33,603 nucleotides of DNA from Dugesia japonica (Eukaryota), in the NCBI GenBank assembly GCA_001938525.1, contig MQRL01596018.1, forward strand, positions 1 through 33,603. Reading direction: 5' to 3'. Both the position numbers and the translations under genes were made by a program. The notes below the pieces were generated by a model. That model did not search any database, was not told the origin of the DNA, and saw nothing but the letters and a program-made list of their open reading frames with translations. Of the stretch, positions 10,589 to 23,380 are shown one piece after another. Every line of letters starts with the position of its first letter. Within the stretch, counting starts at the first letter, position 1.

Positions 10589-12375
10589 TGTTGGGGTGAA
10601 ACACCCGGTTGGTAAAGAAAAGTGAGAGCCAGGGGTTCAAATCATAGAATAAAAAAAGAATGGGGGTTTGGAAAAGAAAATCGATTGAGAATACTTATCA
10701 ATTGGCTAACATTATAACAATCATACTAATAAAAGAAGAAAATCAGAAAGAAAAATAAAACTGCAGAAAGGAAACACCAGATAAATGAATTCAATCATAA
10801 TCAATGTTTACAATTAAAGAAAATATAATTATTAATAAAAAAATAAGTAAATGATGGGCAAAATAATAATTAATTAACAAAGAAAAAATTATTTAATTTA
10901 TTGTAAAAAAAAGTGAAATTGGTCAAAAATCGATTTTTTGAAGGATATCTTTTCCCCAGAAAATCGCATGAGGCCCTAGTAAAAATTTTTTAAAGGAAAT
11001 GATACGGAGCAATAGGATTTTGGAAAACTTTATCATCACCAGGAGGGCCTTGAGAAGGTTTCAAAGATTCAACCAATTGCAGTCCAGAAAAGAAAAATAA
11101 AACAAAGGTATAAAAATCACCAGGTGCTCCAAAAATAGGCACTAATGTTGTAGCAGAAAATTGTCAAAATTTTTAAAATTGTAGATAAAACACCAATGGG
11201 AATCAAGAAATTCAAAACAAAAATAGCCGACCAATGTGGTAAGAATCGGGTTGTTCGTGAAAGGGTATAAAACCCCCCCGAAACTTAGAAGAAAAATCAT
11301 CATTTTCTCAATTTAGTCAATACAACAATACTATACTACTGTATAACTCATTTTGATAGAAAACTTACAAGATTGATTAACTTGTGACTATTTCGGAATT
11401 AAGGAAAGGAAGTAATCTGAATAGTGGAAAATAGAATCAAACAAGAAAGAATTCTCCGTCAACATAATCAATACTATTATCGAAATTAACCCGTTGCAGA
11501 ATCAAATATAAATTGCGAGTAAGTTAGAATTCCGTTTTCAATTATGATTGTTATTGAATATTATTTAATAAAAAATTAAATCAATAAAAGAATTATTTTC
11601 TATGTAGAAAATGAGGTATGAACAATGTTCTTTTTCTTGTAAAAAACCATGTCAATTACTGTATTACTCAGTGATGATTAGTGAAAAAAATAATAATTCG
11701 GGCCTGATCAAGATGATGTAAGCCAGTAAATGAATAATAGTTTCAATTATCTATCAATGCATATAAAAAGAATTAATTTTACTCATATCTATGTGCAACC
11801 GGTAACCGACATGCTAACTTTGCTTAAGGAATCTACAAACCAACTTATTAAACACAATTCGATATATGTATTGCAAAAATTCACTCAGACAGACAAAGAA
11901 GAACATAGTCGGGTTGCACCGAAAAAGCCATATAAGGCTTTCAAAATTCAGAAGAAAAGCAACAAAATTTTACAACAGTGTTACTGAGTGATTTACGTGT
12001 AATAACTTGGCGAAAATCACATAAGAAAACTTTTCAAGCAGGATCGAATACTCAATTGATAAATTTAAATTGGTAAGATCGTGACAACTGATAATTTAAT
12101 TAATCGGAATCGTATTAGAATTAAAGAAGAAATTATTTCAACAGCTCAAAAAGATAAATTCCCAACAGAAATCATTAGTCAGTTTGCCTAAAATCTACTC
12201 TCGTGTCGAAAAATTAACCCATTGCAGAACCAATCTAATTAATAAGTGAGTAAGAATTTTGTTGTTCATCATGCTTGTTATTTAATGAAAAGTTTAAAAG
12301 TAATTTAATAAATAAAAATTGATTATGTTTACCAAAAGTTTTAAATTAATTTTATAAAAATGAAGTATGGGAAAA
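10589..12375 (+). mobile_element. LTR-like sequence with an internally duplicated segment
   Basis: Starts TGTTGGGGTGAAACACC; A-rich strand; TATA-like gggtataaaa at ~11263; ~11345-11625 and ~12050-12375 share anchors (aaattaaccc.ttgcagaa at 11483 and 12211). Confidence 0.5.
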
Positions 12376-12384
12376 TGCACCAGA

Positions 12385-13219
12385 TGTTGCTATGAATACT
12401 GATAATTCTGCTGCTGAGTTGTGACATTAACAATTTTTTGTGACTCAAACAATTTTTTTCTGTCTGGTTTCAGTCGTAGCTAGTAAGCAATTAATTCCAC
12501 GTTGTAAGCCACGAGTAGATGAAGAAGTAGTTCTTCTTATTGGTTGATATTTTATTATTCCAAAATTATTGGTGAATCTTCAAACCCATGTATTTTCTTT
12601 CTTAGCCTTGCTATGACTTTTTAACTTGGATTTTTGAAATCTCCGATTTTTTCTCGACCATAGTGTTCTTAATTGCTAATTTTACCCCTAACTTTTGTAA
12701 AAATATTTAAATTTGTTGTTTAAAACAAACCATTTTAATTCTTATGATTTATTTTATTTAAATAAATAAATTATCTATTCTATTTTCTTAAATATTAATT
12801 AGATGTTCATTTTTCGTTTTTTTCTGATCTTAAATTAATTTAATTTAGCCGTATTCTTCTACTAATTAATTTATTTTCTCTTTCTTCAATTATTAATTCA
12901 ATGTGGTTTTCTTAGATTTGCCTAATGAAATAATTGTTATTAATTATTTTTCTTTGTCCTGCTAATAGCTTATATTACTTCTTTTCTTCATTGGCTTTCT
13001 TATTTCTGAGTTGTTTTTTGCTGTAATTTTAGATTTTGCTGGTTATTACATTGGTTTTAACTACCAATCTTGGGTTTTCCTTTAATTATTTCTTTCTGTC
13101 ACTGTACTGCGGCTTTCCTTTGTCTGGATTCTTTGTTTCCTTAGTTGGTGACCTTTTTTTTCCCTTTCGGAGTTACCTACCGTCATTTTTATTCTCTAAT
13201 CAGGTGTTTCACCCTAACA
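12385..13219 (-). mobile_element. LTR (~835 bp, TGTTAGGG...AGCAACA) followed by a PBS-like TGGTGCATT
   Basis: On the minus strand it starts TGTTAGGGTGAAACACC and ends AACA, followed by 2 nt and TGGTGCATT (12382->12374), complementary to a tRNA-Gly-type 3' end. Confidence 0.55.
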
Positions 13220-13635
13220 ATATATTGACTAATAAAACACAATTTATTTAATAAAACTTTAATTAATTTATGAACAAATAATTACAATTAAATAAAATAT
13301 CAAAATATTCAATTATTAATTTGATTTTTGGGGACGCACTGACATGTAAGTCACTCTTATCTAATTTTAAAATTGAAAGTTAATATAAGTATTACTTACT
13401 GACCTTTAAGTATTTCATGCGGTAGCTTCTACTGCGAGGCACACCTGTCGAAATAATTTTACAATTATTTATGGTCACGTTGATCTTTTGCAGTAAAGTC
13501 ACAGTGTAAACAATAATTTTATAATTTTAACCAAAATTTATTTATAAATTAAACAATTAATTGTCTGCAGTAGGTAGATAGTAGCACTCAACCTCTGCAC
13601 ACATTCAGTACCCCCAGACCCGTTGACGTAATCGG

Positions 13636-13757
13636 ATTATTGCGTAAGTGAGGCTATATTTTTCCAATGTAAATATGCGGTGGCACACATTTATGTGCAT
13701 TACATAATTTAATTAATTTCGTCGCGACATTATTACGTAAGTGAGGCTATTTTTTCC
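13636..13757. repeat. 22-bp direct repeat
   Basis: attattRcgtaagtgaggctat at 13636 and 13729 (21/22 identical). Confidence 0.85.
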
Positions 13758-13859
13758 TGTGTATTTAGTTGAGAAAGTTTTCTTACCTTTTTAAGTAGTA
13801 GAATTTATCAGGCTTTTTAAGCGGCATAATTTTTCATGTGTATTTAGTTGGGAATTTAT

Positions 13860-14275
13860 TTGGTAAGGTCGAATGAGGTCGATTTTTGATTGGTTCAGGT
13901 AAATTTGGTTACTTATTTCCTCGGGATTGGTAATTTTAGATGGTTTTTGTCCAAATTTTCTTCAGTGAGGTCGAAAAAGGTCAAATTTTGTTTGGTTCAG
14001 GTGAATTTAGTCGAATATTTCCTCGGGAATGGTTAATTTGGTTCATTTTTGGACGATTTGGTCAATTATTTCCTCATGGTTGGTCAGTTTGGGCAAACTT
14101 GGTCGGTTTTAGGTAATTTTTGAACGATTTGATTAGGAATTTACTCAGTGAGGTCAAAAAAGGTGGATTTTTGATTGATCCCGGGGAATTTGGTTACTTA
14201 TTTCCTCGGGATTGGTCAGTTTAGATAATTTTTGGGCGTTTTGGTGAATTATTTCCTTGGGTTGGTCAGTTTAGG
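13860..14275. repeat. Degenerate minisatellite: ~10-11-bp subunits, 51-bp units, 183-bp higher-order repeat
   Basis: tatttcct at 13914, 14016, 14067, 14199, 14250; cagtgaggtc at 13963 and 14146. Confidence 0.85.
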
Positions 14276-14582
14276 ATGAAGTTTTACGGAAAATAATGGA
14301 AAAAGTCGAATTTGTTAAAATTTTCAAGTTTTTTATAATTATTTTAACTTTTGTGGTAAATTGGTGAAATTCGGTCATTTTTGTTTAAATTTTCAGATTT
14401 TTAAAATTTTTAAATCAAATTTTTATGGGAATCCGAGAGAACATCTGAAATTTCGAAAATTTTTCAAAATTTTTTTTCTCGAGATTTTTAAATCCACCGC
14501 TGCAGAATTCGATGGAGATTATTATTCACAAATAAAAATTTTTCGAAAAAATTATTTCTCATCTTTACGTGAAATATTCATG

Positions 14583-14948
14583 TCTATTAGATAAAGAATG
14601 TTTTTCTGATTCCAAATATATAAACCTAAAAACACCAAAGTTTATCCGGAATGAAATATTTAGGGTTTTGCGGTGAAAATTCTCAAAGTTGGAATATCGG
14701 TGCTCAATTTTCTCTTAGTGCATAATTCGTATGGTTTCAAATTTGATATTATTTTACTCAGGAGGAAATAAGTGACTGTACAAAGTTAAAATATCGTCTC
14801 GGGAAAAATTCTTCCTAACGAAGATATTTAGCTGCCCTCTCGGATTTGATAACTTTTTTCGAAAATTGAAAANGTATCTCAAAATTCGCCAAAAAGATAT
14901 CTATTCGATAAAGAATCTTTCACTGATTCCAAATATGTAAACATAAAA
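14583..14948. repeat. Dispersed ~50-bp direct repeat, probably internal to a non-autonomous TE
   Basis: tctatt.gataaagaat.ttt..ctgattccaaatat.taaac.taaaa at 14583 and 14900. Confidence 0.75.
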
Positions 14949-15699
14949 TCATCAAAGCTTATAAATAAAAAGCTATATAGAAAAAACAAGTACTTCATTT
15001 CGGGAGTCCGAGAGGAAATTACGAATTTAGGAAAGAGCAGCTCGAATTTGAAAATCAGAGTATTTATTCGATAGAGAATTTTATTTTTAGTAAGAAAAAC
15101 ATGATTACAAATCCTCAAACTTTATAGATAAAAAGTTATAAAGAAAAAATCAAGTGTAAAATAAGTCGACAATCATAGGAATCGAACCACCACTGATGAA
15201 CAGTAAAAGAATGCTATTAAAAACTTATATTTAAATATAACAATGATACAGAAGAGTCAATAAATAATATCATGTTAATAATATCATTGGTCCAGCATAG
15301 GACTATAAATCTGTCAGATTTTCATCGAAAAGGGAATTGTTCCTTTCGGATTTTTCTTTGAATATTGCTCTCGTTTGTATTGCTTATTTCATCTGCATAT
15401 TTTTACTTTAATTTGCCAGTAATTTCATAAAGGCTTTTATTAGTGTCCTCATTCATTTGCAGCCTGATTTCGTTTACTCTTACTGCTCCTCCTGAATTAC
15501 CATCTGCAATACAAAATAGCATTTTTACCGTAGTAGAATATTAACTGAGAGTCTTTATTCAAATCAAATTTTCTGGCAATAAAATCAAGCTTATTATCCT
15601 TTTTCCATTTCAATTAATTTAATTATATAATATTTACAGATTTTTTTAAAATTTAAAACAGTTAAATTGATTTATCTCATTTTATATAAAATTTGTTTA

Positions 15700-18600
15700 T
15701 TTATATTTTTACATTTGTTAGAGTGTTTAACTAAGTTTCCTAGTCGAGTGATATATTCAAATCCGAGTAGAATGTTTGATGTTTGACAGAGCACATTGTT
15801 TCAAGATGGACTGGATTTTATCACTAGAAAGAACTATTTAAGAAAGAGCTGAATAAGTAGATTTATGAACACTTCCAAGAGAGCCAACAATTAAAGTTCT
15901 AAGTTCGACTTTGTAATCAGGTTTGGCAGTTCTGATTTTGTCTCTGAGACCAGTGTATTTTTCAATCTCAACAAAATTTCCATTTGAGTCTATATGGCAT
16001 TTAATGTCCAATAAATGAATTGATTTTGCCTCATCATTTGTAATTATTAAATCTACTCTTTGCTTGGAATCAGGGACAAATGGACATGTGTGATCACTCA
16101 CGACAATTCTTGATGGTGATTTAAGAGAGGAAACAAGTTTTTCAAGACAAGCATTGTTTCGTTCTGTTGTCAGTGATTTTGTTACTCTGCAATTTTGTAA
16201 CACGTGCGCCATCGTTTCTTCACATTCGTGGCATCGACGACANNNNNNNNNNNNNNNNNNNNNNNNNNNNNNNNNNNNNNNNNNNNNNNNNNAGCTTTAT
16301 TAATGAAGTTCCATGCAAATATTCCAAGGTCGCTTCGGAAGATTGATTTATTGATGCCAGGAGTTAATCTAACTGCATCAGCAATTAAATTGCTCTTCTT
16401 GCTATTATGCCATTTCAGTGCATANNNNNNNNNNNNNNNNNNNNNNNNNNNNNNNNNNNNNNNNNNNNNNNNNNNNNNNNNNNNNNNNNNNNNNNNNNNN
16501 NNNATATAGTTGTTATGCGCAATGCAACATCTTTATTAAAGATTTCAAATTTTATTTTGATATTATGAGTTTTATTGAAGAAATGTAACGGATTTTTAGG
16601 TCTTATCCATTGAGATTTTCTAGAGTTGAATTTATTTAAGATATCACCAGCGTTTAAAAATCCAAATGCTGATTCGAGGGATAGAATAGTCGTTTTCACA
16701 GATGGATTTGTGACAAAACACAAATGATCTCTATTGATTTTTTCTGTTGCTTTACAGTTTGTTGTTAACATTCGAAACGCTTGGACAATACTTTGTGTAT
16801 GATATTCATCCAATAGATCAACACAGTTTGCTCCACCATCTTCTGTTGAACAATAAAAGCAAGCGATTTCTGAATATCTTGGTAGGTTCATCATTTTCCG
16901 TAATTGATCCCTTAATTTACTAGTCATATTATAATTGTAATGAGGGTTACAATTAGGTGCAGTTAAAGCTTTTGTTTTAATTTCCCTAGTGTGGAACGGA
17001 AATATCAATATAGAATGAAGAATGATTTTAGTTTTTGCCAACCTAATAAATCAGAGTTTGTCAACTTTTCAGCATCACATGCAACAGTTGATAAAGTTTG
17101 ATAAGATGTTTGACCCGTAGACTCTCCAATTGGAAAACCAAAGTATTGATAAAATTCATTCGTTGTAAGCTTTTTTATTTTCCTTTTAAAAATTGGATTT
17201 CATCAATGATATTCATTCTTGATAGTTGGAGATAAGCTGAAATCTGGCTGAAAGTCCAGTCCGATTTTCATTGCAATAAATGTTGCTTGGTTGATTAACT
17301 TTTGTAGATCTTCAACGTTGTTTACTATCAGTGAAATATCATCAGCATATGCCAAGACTTGTATTCCAGAATCACCAAGCATAAATCTAGGGACATTTGG
17401 TGTGTATCTTATAGCTTATAATACTGGATTTATTGCTATGGCAAAGAGTGCCATTGAGAGTGTCATCAAACCCTGTTTGACACCTTTTTTGATGGGAATA
17501 CTTTGAGTTAATATGTTACCGCAGCTAAATATTGAGCTAGATTTTGTGTAAAGGCTTCTTATAATATTGATGAAGGCTTCATCTATTCCAACACAACGTA
17601 ACAATGACCACATGTATTCATGAGAAATGTTTCCGAAAGCGTCTTTTATATACAGTCAAGCTATAGCAATTGTACATGATTTATTGTATTTTTAATATTC
17701 TAGAGCCGCTCTTAAGATTGAGTTGTGTTCAACACATAATTCATGTTCAGAGCCACCTTTTTGAAATTGATGAAGAAGATTATTTTCTTTGATCCAAAAG
17801 TTCAGTCGTCTAGTAAGAATTGCTGCAAATATTTTGTATATCATTGACAATAGAGCAATTTGCCACCAAAATGAAATCCTATTATACAAATTCTTCTTAA
17901 CAGACTTTGGAATTAGAATAATTTTGAATGATTTCCAAGCATTTGGTATGATATCGTTAGATATAATTTCATTGTACAGNTGGTAAAGTAATTTTCCTTT
18001 AGGATCGAGATATTTAATGTCTTTAAGTGGTATTGTCCAGTCCTGAAGCGGTATTTTCTACTTTTTTCCATTCATTAAGCATATCGCAAGGATGAATTTG
18101 ATCAAGTGTTAATGGAGATAAAGATCTTCTGAAATATCTTTCGTTAAGATTTCACTTGAATTTATCTGGTTCATCATGATGAAAGTATTTCTCAATATCG
18201 TCTATTGTTGGTTTCGTATTTGTTGAATCTTTATCTGAAAGAAGGGAGTAGACTGTTTTATTCATGTTCTTATTAAAATCTGATATAAGTTTATATTTAT
18301 CAATATTTAATTTGAGTTTTGCTTTACCAAGGAAAGGTTTGTTAGCTATTTGAGGTTCATTGGACTTTAAGTATTGATTTTTATTATCTCAGTAATTGAG
18401 TCAGGATCCAGATTTTCGATCTCGACAAGTATTTTGTTAGCATTTGTTATGCGATTTTCTTTACTAAGCCTTACTGTCTGTATTTGAAGCTTTGAGCTTT
18501 CAAATATTTCAACTTGATTAGTTTCGTCACTTGGAAGACATAGCCCATCAATTATTGTACCCATTTCTTTGATATTTAGATTGCTAAGTGAACGGTCAAA

Positions 18601-18936
18601 TGCAAATTACTTAATAAAACAACAAATCAGAACTTTTGAGAACAGATCGGAACCTTGCACATCATATGGACAGTTGTTGAATACAGAAAAGTAATTCTCA
18701 CGACAAGCGATTTCATTAATTTTCAGAAGTAAATTGTTACTAATTTTCACGTGACTCTTATTTTCAATAAGAGTCATCGGATTTAGTAAGTAGTGCTCAG
18801 ACATTTCATAATCGATAATCAATAGCAGACAATGAGGTTTTGGTGGACAAAAGATTGCAAAAATCATTTTTTCATTACAAAAGTTATCGAAATTTAAATG
18901 ATCAAGCATATGTTCAGTGCAACCATCTAAAATATG
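15700..18936 (-). mobile_element. NeSL/R2-superfamily non-LTR retrotransposon (Ulp1-like protease, RT, CCHC, REL endonuclease); 5'-truncated and decayed
   Basis: Ulp1-like PHCLLLIID...LLNPM...VQGSD (18870-18610); RT ASGLD, IALLSMIYKIF, FQKG, KKGVKQG, YADD (17349-17338); CRRCHECEETMAHVLQNC; REL TERNN, RVDLI, LDIKC, KYTGL, IVGSLG. Confidence 0.9.
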
Positions 18937-18946
18937 TATATATATA

Positions 18947-19336
18947 AATATGTTGGATAATTGCAGAGGGGCATGTTTCTCTAGGAACACCGGGATCGCT
19001 GCTTCTAATAGGAAAATTATGAAGGGTCTATTGATTAAATAGATCCATAGATGAAACGTTTTGTGTTCCTTCTTCATATATGGGAAGACATCAAGTATGT
19101 TTGCCATTTCTCGGCAATGAAGGGTGTATACATATATAGTCCTCTTTGGGGCATTCGAAAATTTGAAATTATTTGGAGTTTAGAGTAGTTATTGTAATAC
19201 TTGATCTCCGAAAAGAAGTTGGCTTCTATTTGTATATAAACATATTTGTCTTTTTCTATAACCTGGGCATACGTATCCTCCCTGGATTGTCTTCCTCTTC
19301 ATTGATAATTGATGAGAAGATTATTCTGATGCATAT
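18947..19336 (-). pseudogene. Copy B accessory ORF N-terminus, truncated at the NeSL junction
   Basis: MANILDVFPYMKKEHKTFHLWIYLINRPF aligns to copy A IANLFDVFPDM/KEIKTSNTWIHCIHKPY; starts after a conserved AG at 19338-19337. Confidence 0.8.
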
Positions 19337-19513
19337 CTAAGAATAAAATAATTAACGGTGTATCACATATCGTTATATGCCAATCTAGGCAGTTTATATC
19401 ATGCATTAATCTATTTACAAGATTATTTATGCTATTTATTCTCAATATAAATAATAATATGATAAATATAAGTATACTACTTTTACAAGTGATTTAAGAT
19501 AGGGGCGGCTTAG

Positions 19514-20014
19514 TCATGCTTTCAACTCATACACATTTTCGGGGATGAAGCTGAGTCTCAACGTTTTCAATTTATTTTGCGTCCGTAACCATACAGTAAT
19601 TACGCATATGAAGCCAATTGCTGCTATCAGCAATGCTATAATTATTTGTATACGCTTTTGCATTTTGTCATTTAATTTGGTTTTCTGAGGAGTCATGACA
19701 GAAAAATGACACTGAGCTTAGGCCATTTTAAGTGCTGCCTTTTTCACGCTAAGGTTTGTTTGACAGGATTTAATTATGTTCCAAAATTCTGCGTTTAATC
19801 TTCTTGAAATAGGTTTCTTACTAGTTGGAGTTGTTAAACTAACCGTAAATTTGCTCGGCGTTGATAGTTTGATAACTGATTTCGGATCTAATTTTATTTC
19901 TTTTGAAAACACCAAATAAGAGGCTGTCGATCTCTCTTGTGGCCGATAATACAAAATATTTATATCGGATATTGATTCGTTACACTTTATCCCGACATTG
20001 ACTTTATGATGCAA
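19514..20014 (-). pseudogene. Copy B C-terminal half of the integrase-fused membrane protein
   Basis: KPISRRLNAEFW..KAALKMA..NDKMQKRIQIIIALLIAAIGFICVITVW..LRLSFIPEN matches copy A 3840-4270; the signal peptide and FN3 part are deleted. Confidence 0.85.
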
Positions 20015-20039
20015 ATGAATTGAATGCTTTATTTTCCCA

Positions 20040-23000
20040 TAGTGAAATTTAATTTCCGTTTTAATTCTTCATATGGTCCTTTATAATTTCCGATTAATTT
20101 TGGTGATAATCCTTTGGTATTATTATGCTCTTTGAGCATTACCAAGTCTCGCACTTTAAACTCATGCGGTTTAGTCTTTTTATCATAAACATCCTTCATT
20201 TCTTCTTGAGAATATTTGATACTCAGATTAGCTTTTGCCAAAGCTATCTGCATAATAAAGCTATTTGCATTCTACCTTTTAGTTAGAGAAATAGTTACTT
20301 TCATTGAGGTATTGAGATAGTGGTGTTTGAAATACTAATTCTACGGGCATGTTGCTATGTCTTAAATACATCAAATAGAATAGTGAATATCTAGTGCTTG
20401 AGTGTACAACGTTGCGATACTCAAATAAGCACGTAGAAATATGAATATCCCAGTCAGTTTGCTCGGAATTAACATATGATGATAGCATTTAGCTAATGTT
20501 CCATTGAATCGTTCAACTAACCCATCTGTCTGCGGATGATATTGAGATGTGTTTAATTTCAGAATTCCAAAGTATTAATTTATTCTTTTTAAGAAGTTAC
20601 TCAAAATTTTTGCCTCTGACAGTTAATAACTTCTTAAGCACTCCATATCGGAACACTATTTGTTCAAAAAATATTCTAGCCATTGTATTGGTTTTATGGT
20701 CTGGCATTGGAAAAGCTTCCGTCTATTTAATGAGATAATTGTATGCTACTAATATAAATTTATTTTCGTCATTTGTTGGTTTAAATGTTTCCGAACACAT
20801 CCATCGCAAGGATTTCCATCGCTGATGTTGGAACCAACATTGGTTTTTGTTCCCGTATTTCATTTAGTAGCACATACTTTACACGTTTGACACCATTGCT
20901 TCACATCTTGGTGAATTTTCGGCCAAAAATACTTTTGTCTGTTTTCTTTGTTGAGAGAACCGTCATGCTAGTTGACCGTCATGATATTTTAAAGCATCTC
21001 TAAGTACTTTCGGAGCCATTACAACATTATCAGTTGTTTTCTGGTATTTAACTAATCCATCTTCCAATAAAAATTTTCCTTGGTTCTTTGATCAAAACTT
21101 TTCTAATTCAACAGATACGATTCCAGTTTCTAAAACTTGTTTTATTTGATTGATTTCGTTGTCTTCAAGTTGAGCCTTTATTACTCCTGCTTGATTATTT
21201 ACCATTTTAAGAACTGCGAAGATTTTTCCCTCCAATCTTCCTTCTTTAATGTCATCAGGCTCATCATTCTGGTCTATAATAGTGCATTTGTATTTGAGTT
21301 CTCTTTCCCTTTTCGGTAAATTATTTCTATATCATAATTCAACTGGTACCAGCTGTAATTTCAAAACCCATTTAATTAGTCTCGATGAATCGTTTTTATG
21401 TTTCATTAACCATTTTAACAGTTTGTGATCAGTATAAATTATTATCTTTCTACCCCATAGGTAATGTCTAAATTTTTCAATCGCAAATATTAAGGCTAGA
21501 GTTTCTAAATCTATTACTGCATAATTATTTTCATTCATTGCCATTTTCATCTAACTAACCTAGCACCGTTTAAATACCTTTATTGCTGTCGTCTGTCATG
21601 ACCATAAATTGCTTTTCAAAGTTAGGATATTTGAGTATCGGTACTTATGTTAACAAATTCTTAAGCGTTTCAAATGCTTTTTCTTATTCTTTTCCCCATA
21701 AAAATTTAACTCCCAATTTCTCTAATTGAGTTAGAAGAAATGCTAATGCTGAAAAATCTCTGATGAATTTCCGATAATATCCAGCTTATCCCAAGAACTC
21801 TTTGATTTGTTTAGGGTTATTAGGTTGTGGAATTTTTGTACTTTGATGACATTTGTTGGATTTGTTCTTATCTCTTTCCAAGATAAGTAACCAACATAAA
21901 AGTTTGACCAAAGAAAGTTTGACCAACATAAGTAACTTTCTCCTCAGACCACTTGGATTTGGTAGGCTTCAATTTGATGTTAGCTTACTCTAATCTTGAA
22001 AACTCCTCTTCTAAATTCCCGAGATGCTCATTAAATGCTTCTGAGAAAACTAATAATCATTGCTACACACCATTGCAAATGACATGTCTTCTAGTATTTT
22101 ATTCATTGTTCTCTAAAATGTTGCCTGGGCTCCTGTAAGTTCGAATGGCATAAAATTTTACTCATAATGACCACTATTAGTTGAAATTGCGGCCATTTGT
22201 TTGGCTTCTTTTGAACAACCAATTTGATAAAACTTTTTTTGCATCTCCGACAAAATATTATAGTGTTTTTCTTAATTTATCAGAAATCCATTCCAACAAT
22301 GGTAATGGATGACTAGCTTTGACGGTTACTTCGTTCAGTTTACGATAGTCATTACAAAGTCGCACTGATCCATCTTTCTTAGCCACTACTATTAGTGTAG
22401 ATGGAAATGTTGATTTGTTATCACTAATTATTTTATACTTTAACATCAACTTAATTTGCTTTTCTACATTGGCCTCCAATTTTTTCAGGTATTGGATAAG
22501 GCCTTAATTTGATCGGTTTATTTATAGTGAGCACAATCTCATGCGCCAAAATATTTGTAATTCCGAGATTATATTCATATTTATCGAAAATATGATCAAA
22601 TTTGCTTATTAACATATTTAAGAGAATATTTTCCTTCTTGGATAAGATTGTACCATTGCTACACTGTGCGTCATAGTATTCAATATTCGAATCTCATTGC
22701 TCTGTGGTAGATAACGTTGTAGATTTCTCAGTTATTTCATCATCTGTTAAGTATATAACTACCATATTTTTATCTGGAAACAACCTCACTGATTTGATAT
22801 TCAGATTTCATATTTTAACAGCCGATTTACTCGCTTTAACCTGACTGACACTACAGATTCTGGGTTTGCAATACCTTTCCATTAATAATGAATTTGATTC
22901 AAACAGTACCTCTCGTTTATGTTTGAGAGAAGTATTGATAAGGCATACGGTTTCTACTATTGGTGGTATCATGATCTGCTGATCAATATATGTCAAATGT

Positions 23001-23380
23001 TCATAGTAATCCTTTTTTCGTTTCCTGGTTAGTTTTAGTGATTGTCCTGTAGCACTATCAAATACTACATCTTAAAGTTTCTTTAACATGTCCATATCTC
23101 GTATACATTCTACTGGACATCTCCTCATGACTTTTATTCCATATTTTATATCCTGATCACATATTTTTATATTACTATCTAGATATTATATTATATCTAA
23201 TCTTCCACCATTTGCTGCAGTGATGTCTGGTTGTTCTTTAACTACAAATTATGTCTCTGTTTTATTTAGTAGATCTACTATAGTAGTAGATCTACTATAG
23301 TTCTGTCTGATCATAAATTTATCATGGCATAAACAACATGTCTATTAATTCTTATTTTTATCGATGGTTTATGAGCATAA
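20040..23380 (-). pseudogene. pol: Copy B pol: aspartic protease, RT, RNase H, integrase
   Basis: Decayed protease YAMINL*SDRTIV (equivalent to D-S/T-G), ITAANGG; KKDGSVRLCNDYRKLN; YTDHK; HPQTDGLVERFNGT; KGPYE. Confidence 0.93.

Noticed and set aside
13860-14275. Repeat-protein coding sequence
   Set aside because: The frames I translated hit stops, and the subunit period is not a consistent multiple of 3.
15290-15610. Possible integrase zinc-binding fragment or continuation of copy B
   Set aside because: Too degenerate, and no similarity to the expected copy A sequence.
18607-19107. A single genuine 166-aa gene
   Set aside because: It is a chimera of two different TEs joined at a TA run.
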